Below, piece by piece: positions 10,102-19,844 of a stretch of DNA of 64,000 nt (within the stretch, counting starts at the first letter, position 1; each line of letters opens with the position of its first letter). The notes beneath the pieces were generated by a model. That model ran no database searches, had not been told where the DNA came from, and worked only from the letters and a program-made list of their open reading frames with translations. The stretch is from Candidatus Omnitrophota bacterium. GTDB taxonomy: Bacteria; Omnitrophota; Gorgyraeia; Zapsychrales; JANLHA01. Location: positions 346,890-410,889 of the forward strand of contig JACKFJ010000001.1 of NCBI GenBank assembly GCA_020632535.1, given 5' to 3'. Position numbers and translations under genes: made by a program.

Positions 10102-10569
10102 ATGAAAGTCAAGGTCATTAAGAAATCGGATGGAATGGTTGATATTAGTGGCAAAAGCGTTACGGCGCGGATGTCCATTGCGACGGGTACTATTCGTTTA
10201 AGTAAAAAGGCTTTTGGCATTTTGTTGTCAGCGGGTTCGCCCAAGGGTGATGTTTTTGAGACGGCGAAAGTAGCCGCGATTATGGCGGCAAAAGCTACGC
10301 CGAGCATCATTCCGTTATGTCATCCGCTTGTGCTCAATAAAGTTAATATAGGCTTTGAATCTCATTTAAAAAGCTCTATGATAACTGTCATTGCAAAAGT
10401 CAAGTCCGACGGTAAGACGGGAGTGGAAATGGAAGCTTTGACGGCCGTGAGCGCGGCTTGCTTAACGATTTATGACATGATGAAATGGGCGGACAAGACA
10501 ATGGTTATTTCGGATATTCAGGTTATTGAGAAGCGTGGTGGCAAAAGCGGTGATTTTATTAAGAGTTAA
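10102..10569 (+). CDS. moaC: cyclic pyranopterin monophosphate synthase
   Basis: IIPLCHPL, GVEMEALTAVSAACLTIYDM and VIEKRGGKSG motifs typical of MoaC. Confidence 0.9.
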   Translation: MKVKVIKKSDGMVDISGKSVTARMSIATGTIRLSKKAFGILLSAGSPKGDVFETAKVAAIMAAKATPSIIPLCHPLVLNKVNIGFESHLKSSMITVIAKVKSDGKTGVEMEALTAVSAACLTIYDMMKWADKTMVISDIQVIEKRGGKSGDFIKS

Positions 10570-10570
10570 A

Positions 10571-10701
10571 GCGAGACTGTTGAAAGGAACTTTCTTGTTC
10601 AAACAGTCCTCGCGCTAGCCGCTTTATAAAATTTTAAAAGCTTTTATAGGAAAGCGGCTAGACTGCGGAACTCGCCAGAAAGTTCCTTTCAACAGTCTCG
10701 C
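10571..10701. repeat. 131-nt nested inverted repeat (long hairpin) between moaC and the GT2 gene
   Basis: Perfect 25-nt arms: gcgagactgttgaaaggaactttct (10571-10595) pairs with agaaagttcctttcaacagtctcgc (10677-10701). An inner perfect 11-bp pair is ctagccgcttt (10615-10625) with aaagcggctag (10651-10661). Confidence 0.85.
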
Positions 10702-10710
10702 CATAAACAT

Positions 10711-11427
10711 ATGATGAAAAAATATCTCGTTGGCATTTGCGCTTATAATGAAGGAGATAAGATTCGCCGCGTTATGCAAAAATTTTGCGATGATACGGTT
10801 TATGATCTTGTTATCGTTGACGATGCTTCAACGGATGGCGCATTGCAAAATATTCCAGCAGATCGACCGATTACGATTATTCGTAATGAAATACAAAAGG
10901 GCGCGGGGTATGGTGTCCGGAAGATTTTTGAATATGCGCGCGCCAAGGGCTATGACGCTTTATTTTTTGTTTCCGGAAATGATAAAGACGATCCAGCAGA
11001 TATTGTCAAACTCAAGGATGCGATTGAGCGCGGGTATGATCTGGTGCAAGGATCGCGGTATTTGCCGGGTGGTCAGCACGGGCATATGCCATTATACCGT
11101 CGGGTGGCGACGCAATTTATGCATCCGCTTCTTTTTTCCTTTTTTAGTGGGAAAAAAATAACCGATAGTACCAATGGTTTTCGCGCGGTAAGGTTATCGC
11201 TTTTGGATGATACGCGGATCAATTTGAATCAAGATTGGCTTAATGAATATGAGCTAGAACCATATCTTTTTTTTAAGGCGATTCGGCTGGGTTTTAAAGT
11301 GACAGAAGTTCCGGTTACAAAAATTTATCCGCTCAAGATTGAAGGGTATACCAAAATGAAACCATTTTCAGGGTGGTGGAGTATTTTACGACCGCTTTTT
11401 TATTTAGGTTTTGGATTTAAGAAATGA
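10711..11427 (+). CDS. family 2 glycosyltransferase (polyprenol-phosphate sugar synthase / DPM1-ArnC-like)
   Basis: ICAYNEGDKI ... VIVDDASTDG ... FVSGNDKDDP ... GSRY, the GT-A DxD-type architecture. Confidence 0.8.
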   Translation: MMKKYLVGICAYNEGDKIRRVMQKFCDDTVYDLVIVDDASTDGALQNIPADRPITIIRNEIQKGAGYGVRKIFEYARAKGYDALFFVSGNDKDDPADIVKLKDAIERGYDLVQGSRYLPGGQHGHMPLYRRVATQFMHPLLFSFFSGKKITDSTNGFRAVRLSLLDDTRINLNQDWLNEYELEPYLFFKAIRLGFKVTEVPVTKIYPLKIEGYTKMKPFSGWWSILRPLFYLGFGFKK

Positions 11428-13055
11428 ATTATGAAAGTCTAAAAATTCACAAATACTTGCCTCTTGCCGCCGCTTTAATTATCTTTCTGGGCATCCTTTT
11501 TCGTTTTCATCACATTACTGCGAATGATTTCGTCTTTTATGACGAAGGATATTATTTGAATTGGAATCGTCCTCTTGGTGAAGCATTGAGTCATCATCGA
11601 TTCACCGGTTTTGAAGAAATTGTTAAGGCTGTTGATGCCTATAGCCGTCGGAGTTTGGCGAGTGGAAAGGCGCTGTGGTTTATGCTTGTTGATGCGCGTT
11701 TTTTCTTTGCGGATGTTTCAGAATGGTTTATTGCCAGACTTTGGGCGGCATTTTTAGGTGTTGTGACGCTTGGGTTGACATTCTTGTTTGCGCGCAAATT
11801 CTTTAATAATAACAGGATTGCGTGGTTGGCAACGGCTCTTTTGGCCGTTTTACCAAGCCACGTTTTTTATTCGCGAATTGGAATGCAGGAATCGTTAAGT
11901 ACGGTTTTAGTGCTCGCGGGTTTTTATTTTTATCTTTTGCCGTCAACTTTTAAATTCAGGCGCATCATTCTTGCTGGAGTTTTTTGGGGATTGGCGTATT
12001 TTTCAAACTATCGTTTGATTATGCTCCCAGTTTTGATCACATTTTGCGAATTGTATTTAGCGATTTCGTTGAAGCGTTGGCCTGATTTTCGTCGCTGGCT
12101 TTGGGCAATTGTGGCTTTTTTAGCGTGTCTTGTTATCGGTGGAAACTTAAATAATGGACAAAATTCTGTCGTGATCTTTTCGTGGGTATTCCATCAGGCG
12201 AGTATGGCGACGCAGCAGCGTGATTGGCTAAATATATTTTCTTACCCATACTATCTTTTTCGTTTAGAAACTTTTCTTTTTGCTGTGTTCTTTTTTGCAA
12301 ATTTTTATTTGTTCTTAAAGAGAGATCGACAAGTGTTATTGCCCTTTGCGCTTGTTTTAGTACAAATGGCGGTTTTTACATGTGCGAGCGAGAAGGGTGC
12401 TAGGTATGTTGGTGTTGTATTACCTTTTATGGCTATGGCGGTGGCATATCTTATTCACAATTTATTCGTGCATTCCAAAGATAAGGTTTTTCGCCTGACG
12501 ATTTTTGTGCTATCGGGCACAATGATGGTCATGATGGTTCATAAATCTTTGCTTCTTGTTATCAGTCAATCTGCGTACCGGAGTTCGGCAGCCGACATTT
12601 CTGCATTAGATTCAAATGCCAAATTTATGTCCAGCCAGAATTATATTCAAAGTCTTTACGCAGCAAAGGAAGCGGATGTTCATGCTGTGCCGTCTAGCTT
12701 TGAGGTTTTAATCAATGAATACAAGGATGGATATCGGTATTTGATTCTTTGTCCGCAAGCTTATATCTCGCTGACGGAAGATAAACAGCGCTTTACACCA
12801 GTGTTGCGGGGATATTTGGGATTTTTAGTTGCGCGGTTTGAGCCAAAAAAGGTTTACGAGAATTTTAGTCCAGAATTATTGGAGCGCTTTGTTCTTGAGC
12901 ACAATGAAAATTTACCCCGATCGATCCGTTTTTTAAATTCTGCGAAGCGTCAGCATTTTGGGGTTTTACGTGTTTACGATCTTGATAAAATTATTCCGCC
13001 GATGCTTGCCGCGATTGCGAAAGCTCAAGTGAATACGACAGAGAAATCACCATAA
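11424..13055 (+). CDS. multi-pass membrane protein, probable GT-C glycosyltransferase (PMT_2/ArnT-like)
   Basis: Start overlaps the GT2 stop (ATGA). FYDEGYY loop motif follows the first TM helix. About 10 or more hydrophobic helices and a soluble C-terminal domain. Confidence 0.6.
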   Translation: MNYESLKIHKYLPLAAALIIFLGILFRFHHITANDFVFYDEGYYLNWNRPLGEALSHHRFTGFEEIVKAVDAYSRRSLASGKALWFMLVDARFFFADVSEWFIARLWAAFLGVVTLGLTFLFARKFFNNNRIAWLATALLAVLPSHVFYSRIGMQESLSTVLVLAGFYFYLLPSTFKFRRIILAGVFWGLAYFSNYRLIMLPVLITFCELYLAISLKRWPDFRRWLWAIVAFLACLVIGGNLNNGQNSVVIFSWVFHQASMATQQRDWLNIFSYPYYLFRLETFLFAVFFFANFYLFLKRDRQVLLPFALVLVQMAVFTCASEKGARYVGVVLPFMAMAVAYLIHNLFVHSKDKVFRLTIFVLSGTMMVMMVHKSLLLVISQSAYRSSAADISALDSNAKFMSSQNYIQSLYAAKEADVHAVPSSFEVLINEYKDGYRYLILCPQAYISLTEDKQRFTPVLRGYLGFLVARFEPKKVYENFSPELLERFVLEHNENLPRSIRFLNSAKRQHFGVLRVYDLDKIIPPMLAAIAKAQVNTTEKSP

Positions 13056-13056
13056 T

Positions 13057-14085
13057 ATGGTCAAGACATTGTTGTTTTCAGACGCTTTAAATCAACTGAA
13101 TCTTCCCGGATTAAAAAGAAATCTTTTTTCATCGGACGATTGGACAAATATTATTTTAAAAACATACAATGCGAAGATATTTATTAAATATATTGAGCGG
13201 AGCAATGAGGTCGTCAGTTATATTATTTATGCTGCTGTTAAGAACTTTCTTGAGTGGAAAATTTGTATTCTTTCGTATTCAGATTATTGTGATGGGTATG
13301 TTGAAACCCTTGAAGATTGGAAGCAGTTTTTTTCTTCGTTACGGGCGGAGTATCCTCAATACCGTTTAGCTTTGCGCAATCTTCGTGATCCCTTGCCTTT
13401 GCAGATGCCTGAATTCAAACGTTTGAGTCAAGAAAAGTTTCACAGTCTAGATTTGCGTCCTGACTTGCGGCAAATTTGGAAGAATACGCATGATTCATTT
13501 AAATCAGCGGTTAAACAATCCGAAAAAAGTGGTGTTCGTGTTCGAAGGTGTGAAAAAAAGGAATTGCGAAATTTTTACAGCTTGCATTTAAATGTTAGGA
13601 AAGTAAAGTATAAAATATTTCCGCAGCCCTATCGTTTTTTTGAAGTCATTTGGGATGAAATGATCGCTAAAGGAAAAGGCGCTTTACTTGGAGCGTATTC
13701 GCCTCAGGGAGAGTTTATTGGTGGAAATATTTATTTATTGTGTGGGGACACTTTTTATTATAAGTTTAATACTTCGTCAATGTCCGCGCTTAAGTACCGT
13801 CCTAATAATCTTTTGTTTTGGGAAGGGATTAAGTATGCCAAAGCCCTCAAGTGCGCGTCACTGGACTTGGGTTCGAGTGGTAGTGAACAAAAGGGCTTAA
13901 TACTTTTTAAAGATCATACTGGTGCCGTGGCCAGTGAAATCCAGCATTTGGGTTTTGAACCTCCGGATTATAAATTTAGTCAAAAGCGTATTCTCAAATT
14001 TATGACAAAAGCGTTTACACTTCCTTTTATTCCTAACAGTATGGTTCGATGGGGGAGTTCAATGATTTATCCTTATTTGGCGTGA
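13057..14085 (+). CDS. FemAB / GNAT-fold (Acetyltransf_6-like) aminoacyl- or acyl-transferase
   Basis: YYKFNTSSMSALKYRPNNLLFWEGIKYAK ... LDLGSSG ... GLILFKDHTGA resembles FemAB-family / BioF2-like acetyltransferase domains. Assignment is from memory of the family pattern. Confidence 0.5.
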   Translation: MVKTLLFSDALNQLNLPGLKRNLFSSDDWTNIILKTYNAKIFIKYIERSNEVVSYIIYAAVKNFLEWKICILSYSDYCDGYVETLEDWKQFFSSLRAEYPQYRLALRNLRDPLPLQMPEFKRLSQEKFHSLDLRPDLRQIWKNTHDSFKSAVKQSEKSGVRVRRCEKKELRNFYSLHLNVRKVKYKIFPQPYRFFEVIWDEMIAKGKGALLGAYSPQGEFIGGNIYLLCGDTFYYKFNTSSMSALKYRPNNLLFWEGIKYAKALKCASLDLGSSGSEQKGLILFKDHTGAVASEIQHLGFEPPDYKFSQKRILKFMTKAFTLPFIPNSMVRWGSSMIYPYLA

Positions 14086-14089
14086 TCTT

Positions 14090-14830
14090 ATGAATATGGA
14101 TTTGCAAAAATTATTTGAGTCATGGGGCGATACGGCAAAAGGTGAATATATTGATCAGCAGTGGCTTTTAAGTAAATGGGAAGTTGTTGAGGGCGTTGTC
14201 TGGCCGATTGAAAAAATTAATTTAATGACGCAGACGATTGTCGATGGCATCGAATTGAAAAAAACCGACACATTGGCCGATCTGGGATGTGGTGGCGGTT
14301 GGATCCTAAAGCAACTTAAGCCATATAGCAAAAGTGTTGTTGGTTTAGATTTTTCACAATCGATGCTGCGTAAGGCTGTGGAATTTTGTCCTTCTGAAAA
14401 ACTTGTTTGCGGTGAGATTGGTCGATTGCCTTTTCATGAAGCCAGTTTTGACTGTGCGATAAGTTATTTTGTTTTCTTAAACTTTCTTGATGATGACTTT
14501 GTTGAGCAGGGTTTGATCGATGTATTAAGGATTTTGAAAAGGGGAGGGCGAGCTTTGATTGGTCAACTGCCCGATCAGTCGCGTTCGCAAGATTATGATC
14601 GAGCTAAAAGCGAGTATTTTGCGTACTGTGCAAAGACTTTTAAGTTAGGAGAGAGTCATCGTGAGGTTTGTCAGGCGCCACAAAAACTTTTTGATATTGA
14701 GAAATTGCGGAATTTTCTCCAGCGTGAGGGCATTACGTACGAGTTAAAGAAATCCTTTAATCCGTTTTATTGCCCGGGAGCAGAGCCAGTTGTTGATTGG
14801 CGTTTTGATTTAGTTTTGCATAAGACGTAA
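14090..14830 (+). CDS. class I SAM-dependent methyltransferase
   Basis: Motif I LADLGCGGGW, then VVGLDFS and ILKRGGRALI. Confidence 0.75.
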   Translation: MNMDLQKLFESWGDTAKGEYIDQQWLLSKWEVVEGVVWPIEKINLMTQTIVDGIELKKTDTLADLGCGGGWILKQLKPYSKSVVGLDFSQSMLRKAVEFCPSEKLVCGEIGRLPFHEASFDCAISYFVFLNFLDDDFVEQGLIDVLRILKRGGRALIGQLPDQSRSQDYDRAKSEYFAYCAKTFKLGESHREVCQAPQKLFDIEKLRNFLQREGITYELKKSFNPFYCPGAEPVVDWRFDLVLHKT

Positions 14831-14846
14831 TAAGAATGTTTGAAAA

Positions 14847-14876
14847 TTGATCTATAAAAAGTTTTTCTGATATAAT
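14847..14876 (+). promoter_or_regulatory. candidate sigma70-type promoter with extended -10, upstream of glgP
   Basis: TTGATC (14847-14852), 18 nt spacer, TGaTATAAT (14868-14876). The glgP TTG start at 14912 is preceded by gggaga. Confidence 0.5.
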
Positions 14877-14911
14877 GTCGGCAACTTTAATCAATACATT
14901 GGGAGAAGATA

Positions 14912-16939
14912 TTGAACGCTAAGAAATCATCCGCTATTTTTGGTTTTGAAGAATTGTCCGCAGCTATCGAAAATTATTCTGGCAAATATGGGGAGGATGT
15001 TACTGATACCTCCTATTTTGGATTTCCTGTTGATGCTGTTTTAAACGCCGAAAAAAAGTTGCTTTCCTCAACGGATAAATCGGTCGCGTATTTTTCGATG
15101 GAATACGGTTTGGCACCAAGCATTTATAATACGTTCCAATTGACGCGTCCTATGAGCGAGAAAAATCAATTTTTTCGTCACGAAGTTTTTTCAAACAATT
15201 GGATGTGTGATTATCTTTTCAAAATTGAAATTGATAAAATGTTGGATATTCCCATTTATGGTGGCGGTTTGGGAGTTCTTGCTGGGGACACAATCAAAAG
15301 TGCCGCCGATCTCGGCGTTTCTTTCGTTGGGATAGGCATTTTATGGAACAAAGGGTATTTTAAACAGAATTTTTGGTATAAGCACGGTCAAGTTCCCGAG
15401 GAGATGCAGTGGGATCCGTATTCGTATCCGGGATTGATTCCGCTTAAGAATATTGTCACCATTGATACGAAAGAAGGACCACTCGCTTTGCGTCTTTGGA
15501 AATACTATGTTTATAGTTATGATAAAAAATTTTCTTGCCCACTTATTCTTTTGGATTCCAATTTGCCGCAGAATTCGCCGCATTTTCAAAAATTGACGGA
15601 TCAGCTCTATCGCAGTGATGATGTTTGGTGGAAAATTTTTCAGCGTTCTTTACTCGGCATCGGTGGTATGAAGGCCTTGAGAAGCTTAGGTTACAACATT
15701 GATTGCTATCATCTCAATGAAGGCCACGCCGCGTGCGCGCTGTTGGAGCAATATGTTTCATTAGAAGATAAAGGCCAGATGGAGGATTTTAAAAACAAAT
15801 TTGTTTTTACATGTCACACGCCAGTTGAGGCAGGTCATGATAAATTTAATGTCAGCGATATGGCGAAGGTCTTAAACAAAGAATATATCGATGCCGCGGA
15901 AATGTTCGGCAAAGCAACTCCGGAGTCGACGCAGGTTAATTTTACGATTATGGCACTTAACAATTGCCGTCATGCGAATGCCGTCGCGCAAAAGCATGGA
16001 GAAGTTATGCGTTATCAATTTCCGAAATATGCATCAAAAATTGACGCGATCACAAACGGGATACATTCGCACACATGGGTTTCGGAAAGCTTTAGTAAAT
16101 TATTTGATCAATATCACAATGTGATTGGGGATTGGCGTAAGGAACCGGAAGCTTTGGTTAAAGTTAAGAATTTGATTCGGGACGAGAACTTCCGTCGTGA
16201 TACTTTTGCCGCTCATCAGATTAATAAGAAGAATCTTATTGATATCATTCGGCATTGGCAATTGCGTGATGATGTTTTTACGATTGGTTGGGCTAGGCGG
16301 ATTGCGGGTTATAAGCGACCGGCATTGATTTTTCATGATATTCGAAAAATTATTGAATTGGCACAGGATATTGGTCCGATTCAGATTATTCTGGCTGGGA
16401 AAGCACATCCCAATGATAATATCGGGGCCGCGCATATTGACGATATTCTTGATCACATTGATGAGTTAAACAGTCATAAAGATTTGATCAAGGTTTTGAT
16501 TCTTGAGAATTATGATACATTTTTTGGTAAACTTTTGACCAATTCCGTTGATGTGTGGCTGAATAATCCTTTGCCTCCGTTTGAAGCTTCGGGAACAAGC
16601 GGGATGAAGGCAATTATTAACGGTGTTGTACAAATGACAACGCTCGACGGGTGGGTTGTGGAAGCGGTCAATGATGATATTGGCTGGATTTTTGGGTATC
16701 AGCACTCTGGTGAAAATATTGGAACTGAAAGCGATTTGCGTTTGGACGAAGATTCTAAGGCACTTGTGCAAACTTTGAAAGCGGCAATGATTTTGTATTA
16801 TGAGACTTTAAAAGCTGGTAATCTTAATGTCAACAGTCCGTGGATTGACAAGATGATTCATTGCGTTGAACGTAGCGCATTTTTTAATACACAGCGCATG
16901 GTTAAGGAATACCGCGAAAAAATGTGGCAAATTCGTTAG
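14912..16939 (+). CDS. glgP: alpha-glucan phosphorylase (GT35)
   Basis: GGLGVLAGD near the N-terminus and EASGTSGMK (PLP-lysine motif). TTG start. Confidence 0.85.
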   Translation: MNAKKSSAIFGFEELSAAIENYSGKYGEDVTDTSYFGFPVDAVLNAEKKLLSSTDKSVAYFSMEYGLAPSIYNTFQLTRPMSEKNQFFRHEVFSNNWMCDYLFKIEIDKMLDIPIYGGGLGVLAGDTIKSAADLGVSFVGIGILWNKGYFKQNFWYKHGQVPEEMQWDPYSYPGLIPLKNIVTIDTKEGPLALRLWKYYVYSYDKKFSCPLILLDSNLPQNSPHFQKLTDQLYRSDDVWWKIFQRSLLGIGGMKALRSLGYNIDCYHLNEGHAACALLEQYVSLEDKGQMEDFKNKFVFTCHTPVEAGHDKFNVSDMAKVLNKEYIDAAEMFGKATPESTQVNFTIMALNNCRHANAVAQKHGEVMRYQFPKYASKIDAITNGIHSHTWVSESFSKLFDQYHNVIGDWRKEPEALVKVKNLIRDENFRRDTFAAHQINKKNLIDIIRHWQLRDDVFTIGWARRIAGYKRPALIFHDIRKIIELAQDIGPIQIILAGKAHPNDNIGAAHIDDILDHIDELNSHKDLIKVLILENYDTFFGKLLTNSVDVWLNNPLPPFEASGTSGMKAIINGVVQMTTLDGWVVEAVNDDIGWIFGYQHSGENIGTESDLRLDEDSKALVQTLKAAMILYYETLKAGNLNVNSPWIDKMIHCVERSAFFNTQRMVKEYREKMWQIR

Positions 16940-16946
16940 AGAATAT

Positions 16947-17762
16947 ATGCGTCAATATTTGGAATTATGCAAGTATATCCTCGAGCACGGGGAAAAGAAA
17001 GAAGATCGAACTGGGACTGGAACATTGTCAGTTTTTGGTCATCAATCCCGTTATGATTTGCGTGATGGCTTTCCCATTATAACGACAAAAAAAATTCTTT
17101 TTAGTGCGGTTGTTCGGGAACTTTTATGGTTTTTAAAGGGTTCAACAAATATCAATGACGGTTTGAAAGAATTTACACCCATTTGGAACGCGTGGGCTAA
17201 AGAGGATGGTGAGCTTGGCCCAATTTATGGGTATCAATGGCGCAAGTGGGAAAAGTTTGTTCGTGATGAGAGTCGCGGGGATTATCGCAAAGAGTATGTT
17301 GATCAGATCTCGCAAGTGATAGAACAAATCAAAAAGAATCCCAATTCTCGTCGGCATATTGTCAGCGCGTGGAATGTCGCGGATATTGATCGAATGGCAT
17401 TGCCACCGTGCCATACATTTTTTCAGTTTTATGTTTGCAGCGGTCGGCTTGATTGTCAATTATATCAGCGTTCTGCGGACGTGGCTTTGGGGGTGCCATT
17501 TAATATTTCCAGTTATGCTTTGCTTTTGAGTATGGTTGCCGCTGAATGTGATTTGACTCCTGGGATCTTTGTCCACACTCTCGGGGACGCACACATCTAT
17601 CTTAATCACGTCGAGGGAATTCAAACACAGCTGACACGTTCTTGTAAACCGCTGCCACGCTTACAGCTTCCACGAAAGAAAGTTTTGGATTATGTTTTTG
17701 AAGATATTGAGCTTATAGATTATCAGCATGATGCGTTTATCAAATTCCCCATCGCAGTATGA
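16947..17762 (+). CDS. thyA: thymidylate synthase
   Basis: [43 protein letters not shown] (catalytic Cys) and DAHIYLNH. The ORF extension from 16866 overlaps glgP and is not used. Confidence 0.95.
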   Translation: MRQYLELCKYILEHGEKKEDRTGTGTLSVFGHQSRYDLRDGFPIITTKKILFSAVVRELLWFLKGSTNINDGLKEFTPIWNAWAKEDGELGPIYGYQWRKWEKFVRDESRGDYRKEYVDQISQVIEQIKKNPNSRRHIVSAWNVADIDRMALPPCHTFFQFYVCSGRLDCQLYQRSADVALGVPFNISSYALLLSMVAAECDLTPGIFVHTLGDAHIYLNHVEGIQTQLTRSCKPLPRLQLPRKKVLDYVFEDIELIDYQHDAFIKFPIAV

Positions 17763-18295
17763 TCCCATTTAGCATTATTGTAGCCGTCGATAGTAAGTTG
17801 GGCATTGGTAAAAGTGGTGGTTTGCCTTGGCATTTACCCGCGGATTTAAAGTATTTCAAAATGATTACAACAGCGACATCTTTACCAGAAAAAATAAACG
17901 CGGTTGTGATGGGTCGCAAAACATGGGAGTCTATTCCCATGCAATTTCGTCCTTTGCCAAAACGACTTAATGTTGTGATTTCAAGGCAAAAGAATTTACC
18001 TCTGCCCGACAATGCGATTCATGCGCAAAGTTTAGACGGCGCCTTAAGTTTTCTCAGAAACGAGGAAAGTCGTTTGGGGGAAATTTTTGTGATTGGTGGA
18101 GCGCAGATTTTTAATGAAGCGATAAAAAATCCATATTGTCAAAAAATTTATTTAACACGAGTTGAAAGTGAGTTTGTCTGCGACACATTTTTCCCCGATT
18201 TCCACGCGCAATTCTCTCAAGTTGCTTGTTCATCGCCTGTGCTTGACGAGGGGGTTACTCTAGTCTTTTGTCAATATGAGCGAAAAACGAAATAG
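17759..18295 (+). CDS. folA: dihydrofolate reductase
   Basis: [40 protein letters not shown] and VIGGAQIF. Start overlaps the thyA stop (ATGA). Confidence 0.9.
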   Translation: MIPFSIIVAVDSKLGIGKSGGLPWHLPADLKYFKMITTATSLPEKINAVVMGRKTWESIPMQFRPLPKRLNVVISRQKNLPLPDNAIHAQSLDGALSFLRNEESRLGEIFVIGGAQIFNEAIKNPYCQKIYLTRVESEFVCDTFFPDFHAQFSQVACSSPVLDEGVTLVFCQYERKTK

Positions 18296-18511
18296 CTGAT
18301 TTTTGCCTGCCAAAACAGTGAGCGCTTCCTTTTGATATACTAAACACATCCTAAGTCTATTAATGTCAAGTATTTATATACGTGCGGATTCTTTTAATTT
18401 CTTTTAAAACTTAACTGCGCGCTATAGGCAAAGATCACATTTGATTTTATACTTAGTGTATTACTTTCGATGATCTTCGACATGTGGAGATAGTCTTACG
18501 AAAGGTGGCGT

Positions 18512-19705
18512 ATGCAGCAGAATATGTCCCCGTCAAAATATGTTCTTCTTGTTGATGATGAAAAGCCGCAGGCACGTATTTTAAGCATGCTTTTGGAAAC
18601 GAGAGGATATGATGTTGAAACTGCTTTTTCGGGTGTAGAAGCATTTAAGAAAATTTCTCCTGACTGCGATATTGTGATCCTTGATCTTATCCTTCCCGAT
18701 ATTAATGGTTTTGAAATTTGCCGCCGACTTAAACAAGATAAAGAATTAAAGCATATTCCGGTTATTATTTTGAGTGCTTATTCCGTTACCGAGGATAAAT
18801 TAAAGAGCTTTTATCTTGGAGCTGACGATTTTATAGCAAAACCTTGTGAACATGAAGAGTTATTCGCGCGTATGGATGCGATTCTGCGTCGTCATGATGG
18901 AGGTATTCTTCCCGCGGAAGACAAAATTGTAACTGAACTGCATCGTATTTTGAGTAATCGTGATGTTGTTTCGTATTATCAGCCTATTTATCAATTGCAG
19001 CCTTTTGAACTTTTGGGATTTGAAACTTTAACTCGTCCAGTTACGACTGGTCATATGCAGAATCCCGAGCAGTTTTTTAAAATGGCATTGCAGTATGGTG
19101 TGTATCCGGAAATGGAGCTTATGGCATGGGCTAATGCGTTTGCGGCAATTGCTGAAACAAAGTTTACTGGAAAAGTTTTTCTAAATTGTAATCCCTATTT
19201 TATTGAATCGGTGTCCTTTGCACGGGTGCGGACTTTGCTTGAACGATTTAAAATCGATCCCAATAATGTGATCCTTGAAATTACGGAAATGTCCGCGATT
19301 CCTGATTTCGCGCTTTTTTATCAACATCTTAAACCATATAAAGAATATGGCCTTTCTTTTGCGATTGATGATTTGGGTCGTGGTTACGCGAGTTTAGAAT
19401 CGCTTGTTGAAATTCATCCGAATTATGTCAAGATTGACGGCTATATAATTCGCGATTTATATCGTGATGATTTGAAACGGAGCATCGTTGAATTTGTGGT
19501 CGGTTTTTGCAAACAACACGGAATTCTTGTTGTGGCAGAAGGGATTGAAACCCAAAGAGATCTTGACGCGGCTCGCAATCTCGGACTGAAAGCCGGACAA
19601 GGGTATTATTTTTGTAAGCCACAAAGTCAGCTTTCTTTGCAGAATTTTAATGCTTTGGCACAATTAGCCAAATTCCAACCTAATGGGAATCTCTATAGTA
19701 TTTAA
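18512..19705 (+). CDS. response regulator with receiver domain and EAL (c-di-GMP phosphodiesterase) domain
   Basis: REC: LVDDEKPQARIL ... DIVILDLILPDINGFE ... ADDFIAKP. EAL: YYQPIY, GFETLTRP, LEITE, AIDDLGRGYASL, VKIDG, VAEGIETQ, GQGYYF. Confidence 0.85.
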   Translation: MQQNMSPSKYVLLVDDEKPQARILSMLLETRGYDVETAFSGVEAFKKISPDCDIVILDLILPDINGFEICRRLKQDKELKHIPVIILSAYSVTEDKLKSFYLGADDFIAKPCEHEELFARMDAILRRHDGGILPAEDKIVTELHRILSNRDVVSYYQPIYQLQPFELLGFETLTRPVTTGHMQNPEQFFKMALQYGVYPEMELMAWANAFAAIAETKFTGKVFLNCNPYFIESVSFARVRTLLERFKIDPNNVILEITEMSAIPDFALFYQHLKPYKEYGLSFAIDDLGRGYASLESLVEIHPNYVKIDGYIIRDLYRDDLKRSIVEFVVGFCKQHGILVVAEGIETQRDLDAARNLGLKAGQGYYFCKPQSQLSLQNFNALAQLAKFQPNGNLYSI

Positions 19706-19782
19706 TTTCCGCGTTAATAGTAATCAAACAAATCCTATCTGTTGTATTTCGAGTTGTTTATAAATATTTTAAGAAAAATATT

Positions 19783-19810
19783 TTGGCAATCAAAAGGCTT
19801 TATGTATAAT
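19783..19810 (+). promoter_or_regulatory. candidate sigma70-type promoter for glgB
   Basis: TTGGCA (19783-19788), 16 nt spacer, TGtATAAT (19803-19810). The predicted transcription start falls downstream of the 19815 ORF start, which favours ATG 19845. Confidence 0.5.
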
Positions 19811-19844
19811 ACCTTTGCGTATAAAACCCAGCCAAAGGAGCCCA

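Noticed and set aside
7168-10569. Molybdenum-cofactor riboswitch upstream of modA or moaC
   Set aside because: The gaps before modA (1 nt) and moaC (17 nt) are too short to hold a ~140-nt Moco RNA motif. The operon appears to be read through from upstream genes.
18512-19705. EAL domain possibly degenerate, because the signature reads ETL rather than EAL
   Set aside because: The catalytic Glu of the motif is kept. The other metal and substrate residues I can place are also kept (N in FLNCNP, E-x-x-E in LEITE, DD in IDDLG, K in VKIDG, E in AEGIE, Q in GQGYY). The domain therefore looks active.
5955-19844. Longer N-terminal ORF extensions in the supplied track: csp from 5955, modA from 7532, thyA from 16866, glgB from 19815
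   Set aside because: Each extension overlaps the upstream gene or lacks an RBS. In each case an internal ATG has a good Shine-Dalgarno sequence and aligns with the conserved N-terminus of the family.
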